Shown piece by piece: positions 36,201 through 45,900 of a stretch of 64,000 nucleotides of DNA; position 1 is the stretch's first letter, and each line of letters begins with the position of its first letter. Position numbers and translations under genes: made by a program. Under the pieces are notes generated by a model that worked only from the letters and a program-made list of their open reading frames with translations, did not search any database and was not told where the DNA came from. Origin of the DNA: Phoronis australis (lineage: Eukaryota; Animalia; Phoronida); contig NMRA01000119.1 in NCBI GenBank assembly GCA_002633005.1, forward strand, positions 248,001 to 312,000. Direction: 5' to 3'.

Positions 36201-38695
36201 GTTATGAAACACTGTCAACTGCCCTGTATTGACTCAACAGACTAGGGCTTGCCTAGCTGGGTTTGTTACCTGGCTTAATTAATATCCTGCTCTACCTGAT
36301 GTCCAGGTGTTATTAAATCCCCTGTAAGACACCCATGGCTAGTAATAGCCACCAGTATAATTGTCTCCCGCTGGGCAATTCGATTTCACAATTATTATCA
36401 TTCATGACCACATGAGCTGGATTGGCCAGGCAGACAGATACATCAGTCTTGACTGAATGGATTTGTGTTGACACTTCTAACAGTGTGTTTCCTCAGATCC
36501 AGCACTGGCTGTTTGTAAGGCACACACTGTTAGCCATGAGCCTAATCCTAAACATTGTCCAGGGAAGGGCGGCCATTCATTGTTTGTGCTGGTCCTTAGG
36601 TACTCTTACTGTGGATGATACAATCTTCTACAACAGCTATATAACAAAAATGTGATGAACCCTTTCTGTTGTATATATCGTTGTGGATTGTGTTTCTGTC
36701 CACTGTTAAAGGCAATTCTTGTATTACTTTTCCAGGTGGGCGAAATCAGGATCATCAGAGGTAATGTAGGTTTTTGCGTATGAAGCCCTTTGCAAAAGTG
36801 TAAAAGAAAACAAATTATTGTACATTTTTAAAAACTTGCTCAAAAATTCGTCAATTTTTCATTTAATGCTATGTAGGACCCTAGAAAAATGTCCCAATGT
36901 GGCTAACTTCAAAACGCCATATCTCGGAAATGACTGATCAGATTCATATGAAGTTGTAAGATATAATACTTTATCCACTGTTCTCCAAATGTTGTAAGGA
37001 ATTCCTTTTAAACTGCTCCACTCTTGCAAGAGGGTCTATGGTTTTCATGATAAAATTATAAGTTGCGTAAAACAAAAACGGGAGTTATAATTCAGGAAAC
37101 ACTAACAGAGTTTTTGAGATTTCATCTTGAACATTTATATCAAATGGTCGTGTTATTTTTACCGTTGTATTGTGATCAACATACTTTTCTTTTTTGCTAA
37201 ATTTTACCTGAAAGACATGATCACATGACCCCATTGTAGACAGATCGTTAAAACGTCAAAAATTGAATTCTACAGAAAACAAAAGTTACTTCCTAGTAAA
37301 TTTAAATTTGTAGTTTTCTCATAGACTAGTTTATTTTTGTCGTTTTTGCAATAATCTTGAAAATTCATTGAATGAACGCAAAAATTGTGGAATTACTAGC
37401 TGTGTCCATTAGAATAAAGATGGTGCAGAAAATATTCCGAGGTTTTTTCCATAAAAAGTATGCAAAAAAATATTTGTATGAACTGTCCTTATGTCATTAA
37501 TAGAAGATTCATTGTATGTTATCTATAATTGTAAGTCCTGTTACTTGTCACAGTTGAAGTGGATTTGTGTTAATTCTCCAGAGGGAAAATGTCATTTGAT
37601 GTAAAAAAATAATGGAAACAACTTTTGAGAAAATTCTGTTACCATGGTTTGTTGTATGCAGCTGGAACATTTGGTAAAACTTGATTATTCACAACAAAAA
37701 AGGCTGTTAATTTTGGATGTTACTACAGCTTTCAAACTCTGACTGAAAAAAATTCTTAGGCAGCATTGACAGATTTTGTCGAAAATGTCAAAAAGTGTAA
37801 TGCTAATACTGGTCTTGTAGCAAAACATAGTTTTGAATGTTGCATGCAGACCACTTTTTAAGACTGACTTGTTTGGTCAGCTCCTAATTCTGTGATTGTT
37901 CTTACAGGAATCGTAATTACAATAGTAACCATGGTGGTTATGGAAACCGTAGCTATGGTAACCAGGGCAGCTATGGCAACAATCGTGGCTATGGTGGTCA
38001 AGGGGGCTATGACAACCAGAGAGGTTATGGCCAGCAGGGCAACTATGGGAACCAAGGTGGCTATGGCAACAGTCGTGGCTATGGCAATCAGGGTGGATAT
38101 GGCAACCAAGGATGTGGCTATGGTGGCCAGTCTAGAGGGCCAAGGCCTCAGCAGTACACAACATCTTCAGTAAGTTGGTTCATTTTCGAAGCTGTATGAA
38201 GACCAAAAATGTAGTCTCTTATTTTTTTTTTTTTGAAAATCGAGTTTGTGGTGCTTCTTTTTATTTGCTCACGAGCAAAAATGATGCAAAATTTTTTATT
38301 TACTCATTGCTTGGGAAAACCTTTGTGCGGACCTTGGTTGAATTTGGTGCAGGTGGACTTTTTTAATTATTTTAGTCGTTGAATGGAGGTCTCAAAATGA
38401 GTCCGGTTCAGACCAGAATCAGCTATGCTTTATTTAACCTAAAGTGATGGTTGCATTAGTTGTGTGTGAAAGCTAATTCCTGAAACAGGGTATAGTCATA
38501 TCTTGAATCTGTCTCTCCTTTTTGTGGAGGTAGTAAAATTACTTTGTTTTAGAAGAGTAAGGTCCTGAACAAATAAAGAGTCGTGGCCCAAGTTAATATT
38601 GTGATGTTTTTGACCAGAAAACATTATTTTTCCAGAGACACCAACATTCTTACAACAGAGGAGGTTTCCCACAGCCACCCAACTATAGACGGTGA
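125..38695 (+). CDS. XRN2: 5'-3' exoribonuclease 2 (XRN2/Rat1), 5'-partial spliced gene: join(125..232,935..982,2976..3029,3143..3277,3676..3761,5285..5369,5993..6043,6342..6449,6817..6906,7515..7671,8749..8849,9794..9873,10408..10464,11261..11329,11641..11769,18860..18942,36736..36760,37908..38169,38636..38695)
   Basis: Manual splicing at AG/GT sites gives one open frame of 1788 nt. It carries XRN2 signature peptides [97 protein letters not shown] and VLKPEDF..YRPQLGF, colinear with human XRN2 as I recall it. Confidence 0.95.
935..982 (+). CDS. XRN2: XRN2 exon ([16 protein letters not shown]), basic NLS-like segment
   Basis: ttttcaatag acceptor, GTAAGT donor, 48 nt, phase 0-0; corresponds to human FRRRQKEKRKRMKR. 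Confidence 0.88.
1287..1972. repeat. 62-bp minisatellite, about 11 near-identical copies, truncated by the assembly gap
   Basis: Unit taaaagtctgttgtatgctgccttacactgttagtagtaaacttacagtgactgaatgatat repeated head-to-tail with no spacers. Confidence 0.97.
1973..2387. other. Assembly gap (415 N)
   Basis: Run of N. Confidence 1.
2976..3029 (+). CDS. XRN2: XRN2 exon ([18 protein letters not shown])
   Basis: ttcttctgtag acceptor, GTACGG donor, 54 nt; similar to human DQPAFTPSGILTPH. Confidence 0.8.
3143..3277 (+). CDS. XRN2: XRN2 exon ([17 protein letters not shown]...AAAELRAML)
   Basis: tttttgaag acceptor, GTGAGT donor, 135 nt, phase 0-0. Confidence 0.85.
3676..3761 (+). CDS. XRN2: XRN2 exon ([29 protein letters not shown])
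   Basis: tttgccag acceptor, GTATAC donor, phase 0-2; matches human GIKRKAEDSDSEPEPEDNVR. Confidence 0.9.
4069..4460. mobile_element. MITE-like non-autonomous DNA transposon, about 392 bp, copy 1
   Basis: TIRs cagggcccggtctctaatcttt ... aaagattggagaccgggccctg; internal actcgaa/ttcgagt motifs; near-identical second copy at 19184-19574; no clear TSD. Confidence 0.88.
5285..5369 (+). CDS. XRN2: XRN2 exon ([28 protein letters not shown])
   Basis: ttgttcag acceptor, GTATGT donor, phase 2-0; conserved XRN motif. Confidence 0.95.
5993..6043 (+). CDS. XRN2: XRN2 exon ([17 protein letters not shown])
   Basis: cactgcag acceptor, GTAAGT donor, 51 nt; conserved GLxWVLxYYYQ motif. Confidence 0.95.
6342..6449 (+). 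CDS. XRN2: XRN2 exon ([36 protein letters not shown])
   Basis: ttgtcag acceptor, GTGAGT donor, 108 nt. Confidence 0.96.
6817..6906 (+). CDS. XRN2: XRN2 exon ([30 protein letters not shown])
   Basis: tgtttcag acceptor, GTCAGT donor, 90 nt. Confidence 0.95.
7515..7671 (+). CDS. XRN2: XRN2 exon ([52 protein letters not shown])
   Basis: ttgtcaag acceptor, GTGAGT donor, phase 0-1. Confidence 0.96.
8749..8849 (+). CDS. XRN2: XRN2 exon ([34 protein letters not shown])
   Basis: tctcccag acceptor, GTAAGG donor, phase 1-0; cf. human RRNSLGGDVLFVGKHHPLHDFILELY. Confidence 0.92.
9794..9873 (+). CDS. XRN2: XRN2 exon ([26 protein letters not shown])
   Basis: ttatccag acceptor, GTGAGT donor, phase 0-2; cf. 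human PVEVPPELCHGIQG. Confidence 0.9.
10408..10464 (+). CDS. XRN2: XRN2 exon ([18 protein letters not shown])
   Basis: tctttag acceptor, GTGAGT donor, phase 2-2; cf. human VCSPVPMLRDLTQNTVV. Confidence 0.85.
11261..11329 (+). CDS. XRN2: XRN2 exon ([22 protein letters not shown])
   Basis: ttttttcag acceptor, GTAAGT donor, phase 2-2; cf. human INFKDPQFAEDYIFKAVMLPGA. Confidence 0.92.
11641..11769 (+). CDS. XRN2: XRN2 exon ([42 protein letters not shown])
   Basis: catttcag acceptor, GTAGGA donor, phase 2-2; cf. human VLKPSDW...WKPQLGF. Confidence 0.9.
12716..12829. repeat. Long inverted repeat (48-bp arms, 3 mismatches), probably the core of an old foldback element (about 12633-13017)
   Basis: gactagaatctcgtctgcaaaaacaataatgtactcaagcaaagaata pairs with tattctttgcttgagcacattatcgtttttgcagacgtgattctagtc; outer cagcatatagataa / ttatttacatgctg. 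Confidence 0.85.
13768..13908 (+). CDS. Candidate XRN2 cassette exon, 141 nt, symmetric phase 2-2 ([46 protein letters not shown])
   Basis: Long pyrimidine tract ending ccctcag, GTAAGG donor, frame open and phase-compatible with both neighbours; no recognised homology. Confidence 0.4.
14785..15170 (+). mobile_element. Old dispersed repeat family copy (others near 4530-4800 on minus, 24850-25270, 35165-35630, 36870-37270)
   Basis: Shared blocks tagaaccctagaaaaatgtc..tggctaa, ttttgagattt, ttttgctatgaatg, cacatgacccaatta across copies. Confidence 0.7.
16146..17430. repeat. Tandem duplicate of about 0.65 kb (16146-16805 and 16807-17430) joined at a single N, each ending in a 33-bp minisatellite
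   Basis: Both start caccagctctgctcactcagag; unit caacaaaataacagcctaagttatttcattttc about 7 vs about 6 copies; scattered substitutions between copies. Confidence 0.92.
18860..18942 (+). CDS. XRN2: XRN2 exon ([27 protein letters not shown])
   Basis: ttcttgcag acceptor, GTGAGT donor, phase 2-1; cf. human HVMPRGSGTGIYSNAAPPP. Confidence 0.82.
19184..19574. mobile_element. MITE copy 2 (outer part of left TIR missing)
   Basis: Highly similar to 4085-4460; ends aaagattggagaccgggccctg. Confidence 0.88.
22743..22875. repeat. 15/18-bp minisatellite (tctgctattcactca / tcgtctgctgttcgcata)
   Basis: About 8 tandem degenerate units. Confidence 0.9.
28623..28929. mobile_element. MITE-like insertion with imperfect TIRs and 5-bp TSD (TCTTG)
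   Basis: tcttg|cagggccctc ... gacggccttg|tcttg. Confidence 0.55.
36736..36760 (+). CDS. XRN2: XRN2 25-nt microexon (G-GRNQDHQ-R)
   Basis: tattacttttccag acceptor, GTAATG donor; its phase 1-2 is exactly what is needed to join exon 18860-18942 to the GYG frame of exon 37908-38169. Confidence 0.7.
36870..37270 (+). mobile_element. Old dispersed repeat family copy
   Basis: gtaggaccctagaaaaatgtcccaatgtggctaac...cacatgacccc matches 14785-15130. Confidence 0.7.
37908..38169 (+). CDS. XRN2: XRN2 exon encoding Gly/Tyr/Asn/Gln low-complexity repeats ([37 protein letters not shown]...QQYTTSS)
   Basis: ttcttacag acceptor, GTAAGT donor at 38170, phase 2-0; 18-nt periodic coding repeat. Confidence 0.82.
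38636..38695 (+). CDS. XRN2: XRN2 terminal coding exon ([19 protein letters not shown])
   Basis: attatttttccag acceptor, phase 0, TGA at 38693-38695; composition resembles the human C-terminus (GRKYPLPPPSGRYNWN). Confidence 0.7.
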   Translation, partial: RHQHSYNRGGFPQPPNYRR

Positions 38696-39948
38696 TTGAA
38701 CTTCGACGACACGTCAGCCTTCATTAGCTTACTTATTGCCTGGACCAAACTTATGGACATCGTTTTGAAATCGAAAATTAGTTTTAACATCATGTAGCCC
38801 ATAAAGACTCTTAAGCTTGGTCTCAGTGGTTGCCCTCCCACAGTAGAATGACAGCAACCAGAGGAGTTATTGTCAAATCGGTTTTGCATCCAGCTACCAT
38901 TTCCGTGAACAGGATGTCAGCTATAGAAGAAGTGTTTTTGTATGTGTGATGTTATGAGGTTTTAGGTGTGGCGATATAGGAAATGTGCCTGTGTACATCT
39001 ACGTAAGATTGCAGCTGAATCTGTCTTTGTATGTACAGTACTTTTTGTTGGCTGAAACTGATTGGAGGAAATTTGATGTACTCAAAAATAGGAGGTTTAA
39101 ATTACCACGCCCATTACTTGTTGCTCTTTGATAAGTTTTGCCCCTGCTCTGACTTGGTCTGGATAATAAAAGGCTGGGGTTTTCCAAGGCAACTGGATTT
39201 CAGAGCCCCTGTGACCACTAAAGGTTTTGTATTGAAACTTTGATGAAAATACTTACAAAAATGTGTCCACAATTTTCCCTATTTAGAGCAGATTTTTTTT
39301 CAAATCTCTGTGATATATTTAGTGTTAATCACTTTTCTGAGGGTAATGTGACACTTGATTTTAAATCAAACGTAAAATCGGTGGACTCTTTCTCAAAGTA
39401 TCTTTATCCAAAGTTTGAAATCTTGCTCAAGCAGCGATCAATGAAAACATAATTTTGGGTCGGCAGTCAAGAACTCTCCATTTTGTTCTCGACTTATGTT
39501 CCAGACTACGCTTGGCGGTCGAGACAGTTACTGCAATGTCTTCAAGTTTCGTTCTTTTGTTTAATTTTCAAAAGTAACCCTTGTTATCACTGTTGTATAA
39601 GAGGTAACAGATGGCAGCCAAGGTGAGGAACGTGTATATACTTGATGCATCTGTGACGTGGGTGTCATTTTGTGGCTTAAGTTCATTTATTGTTCAGAAA
39701 TATATTTTGTCGATTGGATGGCATTTCTGAGCATCTTAGGAGTCATGGTCGTGAATGTGTCGTGGCTGCTAATGTGTCATTCTTTTTTAAGAGAATGAGT
39801 CCTTCACCAAATTTTACTTTAGCAATTAGAACGGAGGTGTTATTTTTATAGAACATGTTAAGTAGTGTTTTAAACACGTGAAACTTTAATTGAGTCCAAC
39901 TGTACATTTTTGAGAATGAACTGTTCCATTTGGAATTACCTAAGTTGA

Positions 39949-39954
39949 AATAAA
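39949..39954 (+). terminator. Probable XRN2 polyadenylation signal (AATAAA); alternative at 39165-39170
   Basis: AATAAA with upstream TGTA (39901) and downstream GT-rich tgttttgtttc; CpG content rises soon after. Confidence 0.5.
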
Positions 39955-42900
39955 ATTGTCTGTGAGAATGTTTTGTTTCATTCTGAATCTCACACTGGAG
40001 GGTGGTTTACCTCACATGAAGCTGTTTGAGGATTCCTCGCCTTCCCTTCAGTGATTCATTTACTCTATTGTATCTTCTCTGTGTCAAGAGTGGTGTTAAG
40101 GGGTGTTCACGGCAGGCCACAGGGGTCAACCGGTGCACAATCAGTACTAATGATCACGTAATTCATCACCAATAGGTGGCTCTCTTTGAAGCGTTATGAT
40201 CGTCTGTTTATGGCGGTATCGTTCGTAACGTTGTACAATAGCTGCTGGTTGAAATTACAGGTGTGGTGGGATTTATATAGCACACCGTATTGCTGATCTG
40301 GCGTTCTTGGAAACCAGTGCTGTCACTGAAGAGGCCACCCTCATTTTAAATATTACAATACAATAAATAATGTTTTTTCGAACACGAGTGATGTTAGCTA
40401 TACGGCGATACAGTCACAGATCCTCAACAACAGCATCTTGCGAATTTTCGATGAATTCAAATCTAGTAACAGCAATTTGTTATTCACATTGTCATTCCGG
40501 CTTTGCATGAACAAGGGAAGTAAGCAGCAGTGTGCGTAGGCTACTTGAAGTAGGCTAGTCTGTGGTCAGTTGATTTTGGATCTAAAAAACAACGATGTCT
40601 AAGCATAGAGCCGGCATGAGAGCTAACGCGGGACACTAAGAATTCCAGTTCTTTACGCTTTTTTTAATCTTTCACAATACTTTGGTTGGTGGAAATAAGC
40701 ACACAGCGACAATATATAATAATTAAAATACTTATTCGGGTCAATACCGATAAAGTGTTGATTATGCGACTGCCCAGTCGCCTCGAGTCGGTCACTAGCT
40801 ACGCAGTAGAACCTTGCAGCATTTTTTCGTGTGCTGAAGTACGTGCCGCCGTATGTCATCAAAACAACCATACGTACCCGAGTCTACAAGCATCTCGTAA
40901 AATTCGCTGTCAATATTTATCTTAAAACGGCAAACTGCCCAGTCTAAATCCACACGCGAGGGGTTTGTTCTCCACTTTGACCATGGCCAAAAAAATAGTG
41001 ACAGCGTGACGTTTTTTATGCCGATATAACGTGTCCGAATTTTGAGAACCAGTTTCTCCACTAAATACGGGCATCAATCTGGTTCCTAAAATACGGGCGC
41101 GATATGTATCCGACTATTGGCGTTCTTTGCATACTGTGGTCGGTTCACTCCTTTCCTGGATATGACAAGCGTTACTTGTCCAGAGATGACTATACCTGAC
41201 GCAATATGGAAGGAATAGAGCAACTCAAGAAAATCTGACGATTCATTGAACGAATATAAAAATGTGATTAACGAACACGTGTTGTTAGAACTGTGATGGC
41301 TTGGTGTTCTAGGTAACTACTACCTGACATATTGTAGCCGGGGGTTATTCGTTGACACCTGTTATGCTATCACAGGTGTGCAGAAAATTACAGTCGTGGT
41401 CGTACCCCGTGGTGGCTATGCATTGGACGGCGTATTGCAGACGGTTATCGGCAACGTGTAGCGCTACTGCAATATGTATCTTAGTTTAAGCATGGATTTC
41501 TGTCGGAACAACGTGTTAAAATCAGTTCTTTAAACGTCGATATAAAGTACTGTGATAAAATTAGCTGATATATCATGAGTGTAGCTTTTATGCAGTCAGA
41601 TGACCATAAATGTGAATATTTGACCATAGTATTTCAAGATGTTTTAAACTACGATTTTTCCGTTTTGCATTCAGGTGTCAACGAAAAAGTGAGAACGAAA
41701 AAAGTTTATTTCAGTGTTTTAATAACGAATTTGTGTTTTCACTTCGAGACACTTTTTCAAGTAACCTTGCATTATCAATTTATAAATCATGACTGACACT
41801 GGTGCACTAGCAATAGTTTACTAACTTTGGCCGAACCGTGGGACCCAGATATTTGTCTTGCCTGTGATAGGTAATGTCTTCAAGTCGTAAACACCCGTAT
41901 AGCTAACTGGTCAGACCTGAATGCAGGTTTATAAAGGATTATCCTTCTCTGTTATTAAATTTTACCACTTTCTCACAATGTCGCTATTGGAAGTCTATGA
42001 CTCGTTTACCTCTCTCTGCAACTCGGTGGGCTAATGCTGGCCCTGGGCTGTTTTGCGTTCCACGTGACTAGATTCCACAGATGTCCACCCCCGGGCGCTA
42101 ACCTTTGACCCAGTGATGTGTGGGAACTTCCGAACAATTTTCCGTCACTCTGTTAGTTTTCATTCTCAAATAATCGCGTTTCAGTCCAATTTTATAAGAA
42201 ACCGGATTGGTGAGGCTATGTCACATTTTTATCGAACAGAAATATTCCTTTATCCACAAATTCGGCGTTTTAATGCTGTTCGGGACTAGGCTGTATAAAA
42301 CTAGAAAAGTTTTCCACTGATTTTGTAAAAATGCATCACCGATCTTAAGCCACACAATGTGGCGTGCTATCTTATTATGAGTGATTTTTGTGAGCCAGTC
42401 CTAGTATTGAAGGTTTTGCTTGGGAGGAACAAACCGGTAGCTTTGTGTTCCTGTTTGTTTGTACCTCGATTTGTCGGCGAATACCGGTGCCAAAAGAAGA
42501 AACAATAAAAGTTAATGACCCCTTAATAAAGTTTCCTACTCTCTGCGTTATAAACGTATATTGCGGCAGTTTATATTCCGAGGACAATTGACCGAATTTC
42601 TTATCTTTCAAGTGCGCTATTAATTTTACAAAGGAGTTCTTATTTTATTGTTTCAGTTATTGGTAATATGGTCAATTTTTTAAACTCTGTGATTAGTATT
42701 ATCATTTTGGTTTCTGTTATTGGTATGTCACATCGGAGTCATTGTCTGCGATGATTCACTTTATCATCGCTTCCGTCATTATCATTGTCTCGATGAAAGA
42801 CCACGTGTCAAATCGTAGAACAAACAACGCACAAATAAGTTAAAATCAACTGGAATTGCTCGTTAATGTTTCTTGTTTTTTTTTATCATTTTTAGTACGG

Positions 42901-45900
42901 TTGCGTGCATGGCTTACATTCGGCAGTATTATTTTTAAAGTAAATTTGTATAGTCACGGAAAACAAGATGCTAATTTGAAGCCTCAGAACACAGTGGTGT
43001 AAATATTCTTTAGCCTTGACATGTAAACGATGAAGTAGGTTTGGACCTCGAGATATTAAAATATATCCTTGTCATATGGACTCAATTGATCTCGAGTCTA
43101 TGAAACATTTTATTGAATTTTCTTAGAGAACAAGCTTTGCTTTCATATTTTCGCAAACTATTTCCCGACTCCCGTTTTATCTACATTTACCTGCGGCCGG
43201 TTGTGTTCCCTGAATGTTAAGTGGACAGTAATATCAATCATCGTGATGGCGGGATAACAACAAAGACGGGAACTTTTTCGGTAGAGTAAACTTTATGTAA
43301 ATGACACGCGTGATTAACTCGAGGATAAAAAAGCCGATCGAGCAACATTTGAATTTAAGCATAGTTATAATTTTCCAATTAGTGGCATTATACGTCTGTT
43401 CGAATGGTGACATTTCGGTGTTTGCTTTCTCTTTGTCGTATGAATAATACATAATGGGATTTTTGTCCAAACGCTAGACATATCGATGTATTCCGATTCT
43501 GGAGCACCGCCCATTCAATTATATCAAATGATTCTGAACTGTTAGTTCTTGAATTTAGATTCTTTGTAATATGTTTAATTTAGTTAAACCAATTAACTAA
43601 GATGATATGAAGTCATCGATGAAACGTTATTCAATTAATTTGATCACGGCAATATGTTCCCAGAATGACTCAAGGCGTGACTTCATTTTCGATAACAGTG
43701 GCGTTTGATGACTTTTCAACATCACCGAAGCAATTTATTTGACACCCTATTTCGATTGAATCCAGAATGGATGATTACAAGCCAAAGCTAATGAGAGCAA
43801 AATTCAGACTGTCGACAAATGAACACATAAAATGGCACTCCTATTGTCTTTCAGTACTTCGGTGCATTATTTGTTATGTCGCCAACGATTCTGTCTACCA
43901 CGTAATCTTTTTAATCCACCTTTGTCCGTTACGTCACTTCTCAGTGTTAAGTGGATCAAAATCTCAATGAGTTTGCTTGTAGAACTTTTGAATTAGCCAC
44001 AAATTAGACAACTTAAGTCCCCGTGTTCTAAATCTTGCTCCCTTTGTGCGCTGTGGCTGACCAGTTCAGTCAGCGATCGTATTCCCGGTATTTTTCACAA
44101 CTCGCGAGTGCTATTGAGCATGAGAAACGAGCGGCTTGAGCAAACGTAGTTAATTGTCTCAACGCTGTTGTCCCGACCGCTGAGCACTCTTCATTAGCGG
44201 GTAAACACAGGTTACTTCATGACTAGCAACAATTCAGAGTGCGACAAACCTCACGTGCTCGCGTGACATTTGCATCGCCAACAGAAATACGTTAAATTTG
44301 CAGAAACATTTATTTTGATAAATTTCTAAAACTGGAAACTGGTTTTGTTTATAAAATGACGGTCGAAACGCTTGCAATCGTTTCTCTCGTGACCAACCGA
44401 GCTCCTTCACACCTGTCGCGATCGCTGACCGGATTAGCATCAATCTGATATTAACAAGTTATTCCGAGGTAATTAACAAACATACCATATTGACACAGCA
44501 ATATTTTAATAATTTATCCGTCGTGAGTAGTACTTAGTTAAATCAAGCGCAGTGCTAAGATCACTTGTTGGCCATGAGAAGATAGTTCAAGACTATCTTC
44601 TTACGCTCTTCGCCATAATCCACTGAGAATATTCATAACGCTGTTGTACTTGAGATTTTGTTTGGTTTGGATTATTTTGCGTGTAAGCCTTTTTTCTTCC
44701 GTTTCCGTTGAAGCTGAAATGAAGTTAGTCAACGCCAGTTGTTTTCATCGTTCTTTGTGTATTGCGTGCGCCAGGAAAACCGAATAGTCTTTAATTATTC
44801 GAAATGACTACCTTTGATACAAAGAAACTTGAAGGCCTGTGCGTCGAAAATTGTTTGTTACGAGACATCGGTTTATTGCGTATCCTGGCAGTGAACACGC
44901 TTGTACGCCATCTATTCTACAAAATCAAGGGTTTTGAACACTGGAACGATACCGCACTTTTATCGCCTTTAATATTCAATCACGTTGTTTTCATGACAAA
45001 TTTTAAAACCACAGTTTTACAGTTACGCCACCTACGTAAAAACCGCTCTATTATATTATTTTTCGTGAAATCTCGAAGTTTTATCCACCAACATATTTTG
45101 GAACAAAAATTACCTCGTGATATCTTGCATGTCTTCCTAACACAGATACTGTATCATATTCAACGATTCAAAAGCCATGTGCGTGATCGAAAACAAAAAG
45201 TGTGTTTTGTCTTGTACGCTGACAAGTCCAAATTAGCTATTGAGACATTCCATTCCAATCTCCATGCCGGGCCTCATTGTCACGTGTTTGAATGTTTGGG
45301 AAATTTCAAATGTATGGTCTAACAAGTCGTACTGTTATGTACGAAGTGTCACCATCGCGTATACATAGATAGTTATGAATAGTAATAGTAATAGTAATAG
45401 TAAACGTCATCATTGCTGTAACTTTTATTTAGATTTAAGAAAACATGAAATGAGTTCGGTTGAATAGTCTTTACTTAAAATGGAACCTTTCGATTATCTG
45501 TGATGATTTAATTGATGAATATTTTTATTGTATATCTTTATTGTTATGATTGAGTTGTCATATTATTATTACGGATATTGGAGTTAAATTTTTAATGTAA
45601 CAATTATCTGTTGTTTATTAAAACTGATATAAACTTGCCTCTGTCACAAAAAAATAACTTTTCATTGAGGTCACTTACCGGTGTAAAACAATTAGTTACC
45701 GAGCGCTGGCTCATAACCGCTGGCCGTTAGTTTTCCAATGCGGCATTAGCGCAGTAACTGGAATCCACTGTTCTTTTTACAAAAGACGACGTGTTAAAAC
45801 AGGAATGGCGTTAACCTAAAGAAATGACAATGCTGATGTGATTTAACTCGCATTCGATGAATACAATATACACAGATAGAGCTAGACGCTCCTAAAGCAT

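Noticed and set aside
37858-38173. Hydrophobic membrane-like ORFs on both strands
   Set aside because: Alternative frames of the GYG-repeat XRN2 exon, not independent genes.
44804-45322. 172-aa intergenic ORF
   Set aside because: No recognisable domain and composition typical of AT-rich non-coding DNA; a BLASTP or RNA-seq hit would be needed.
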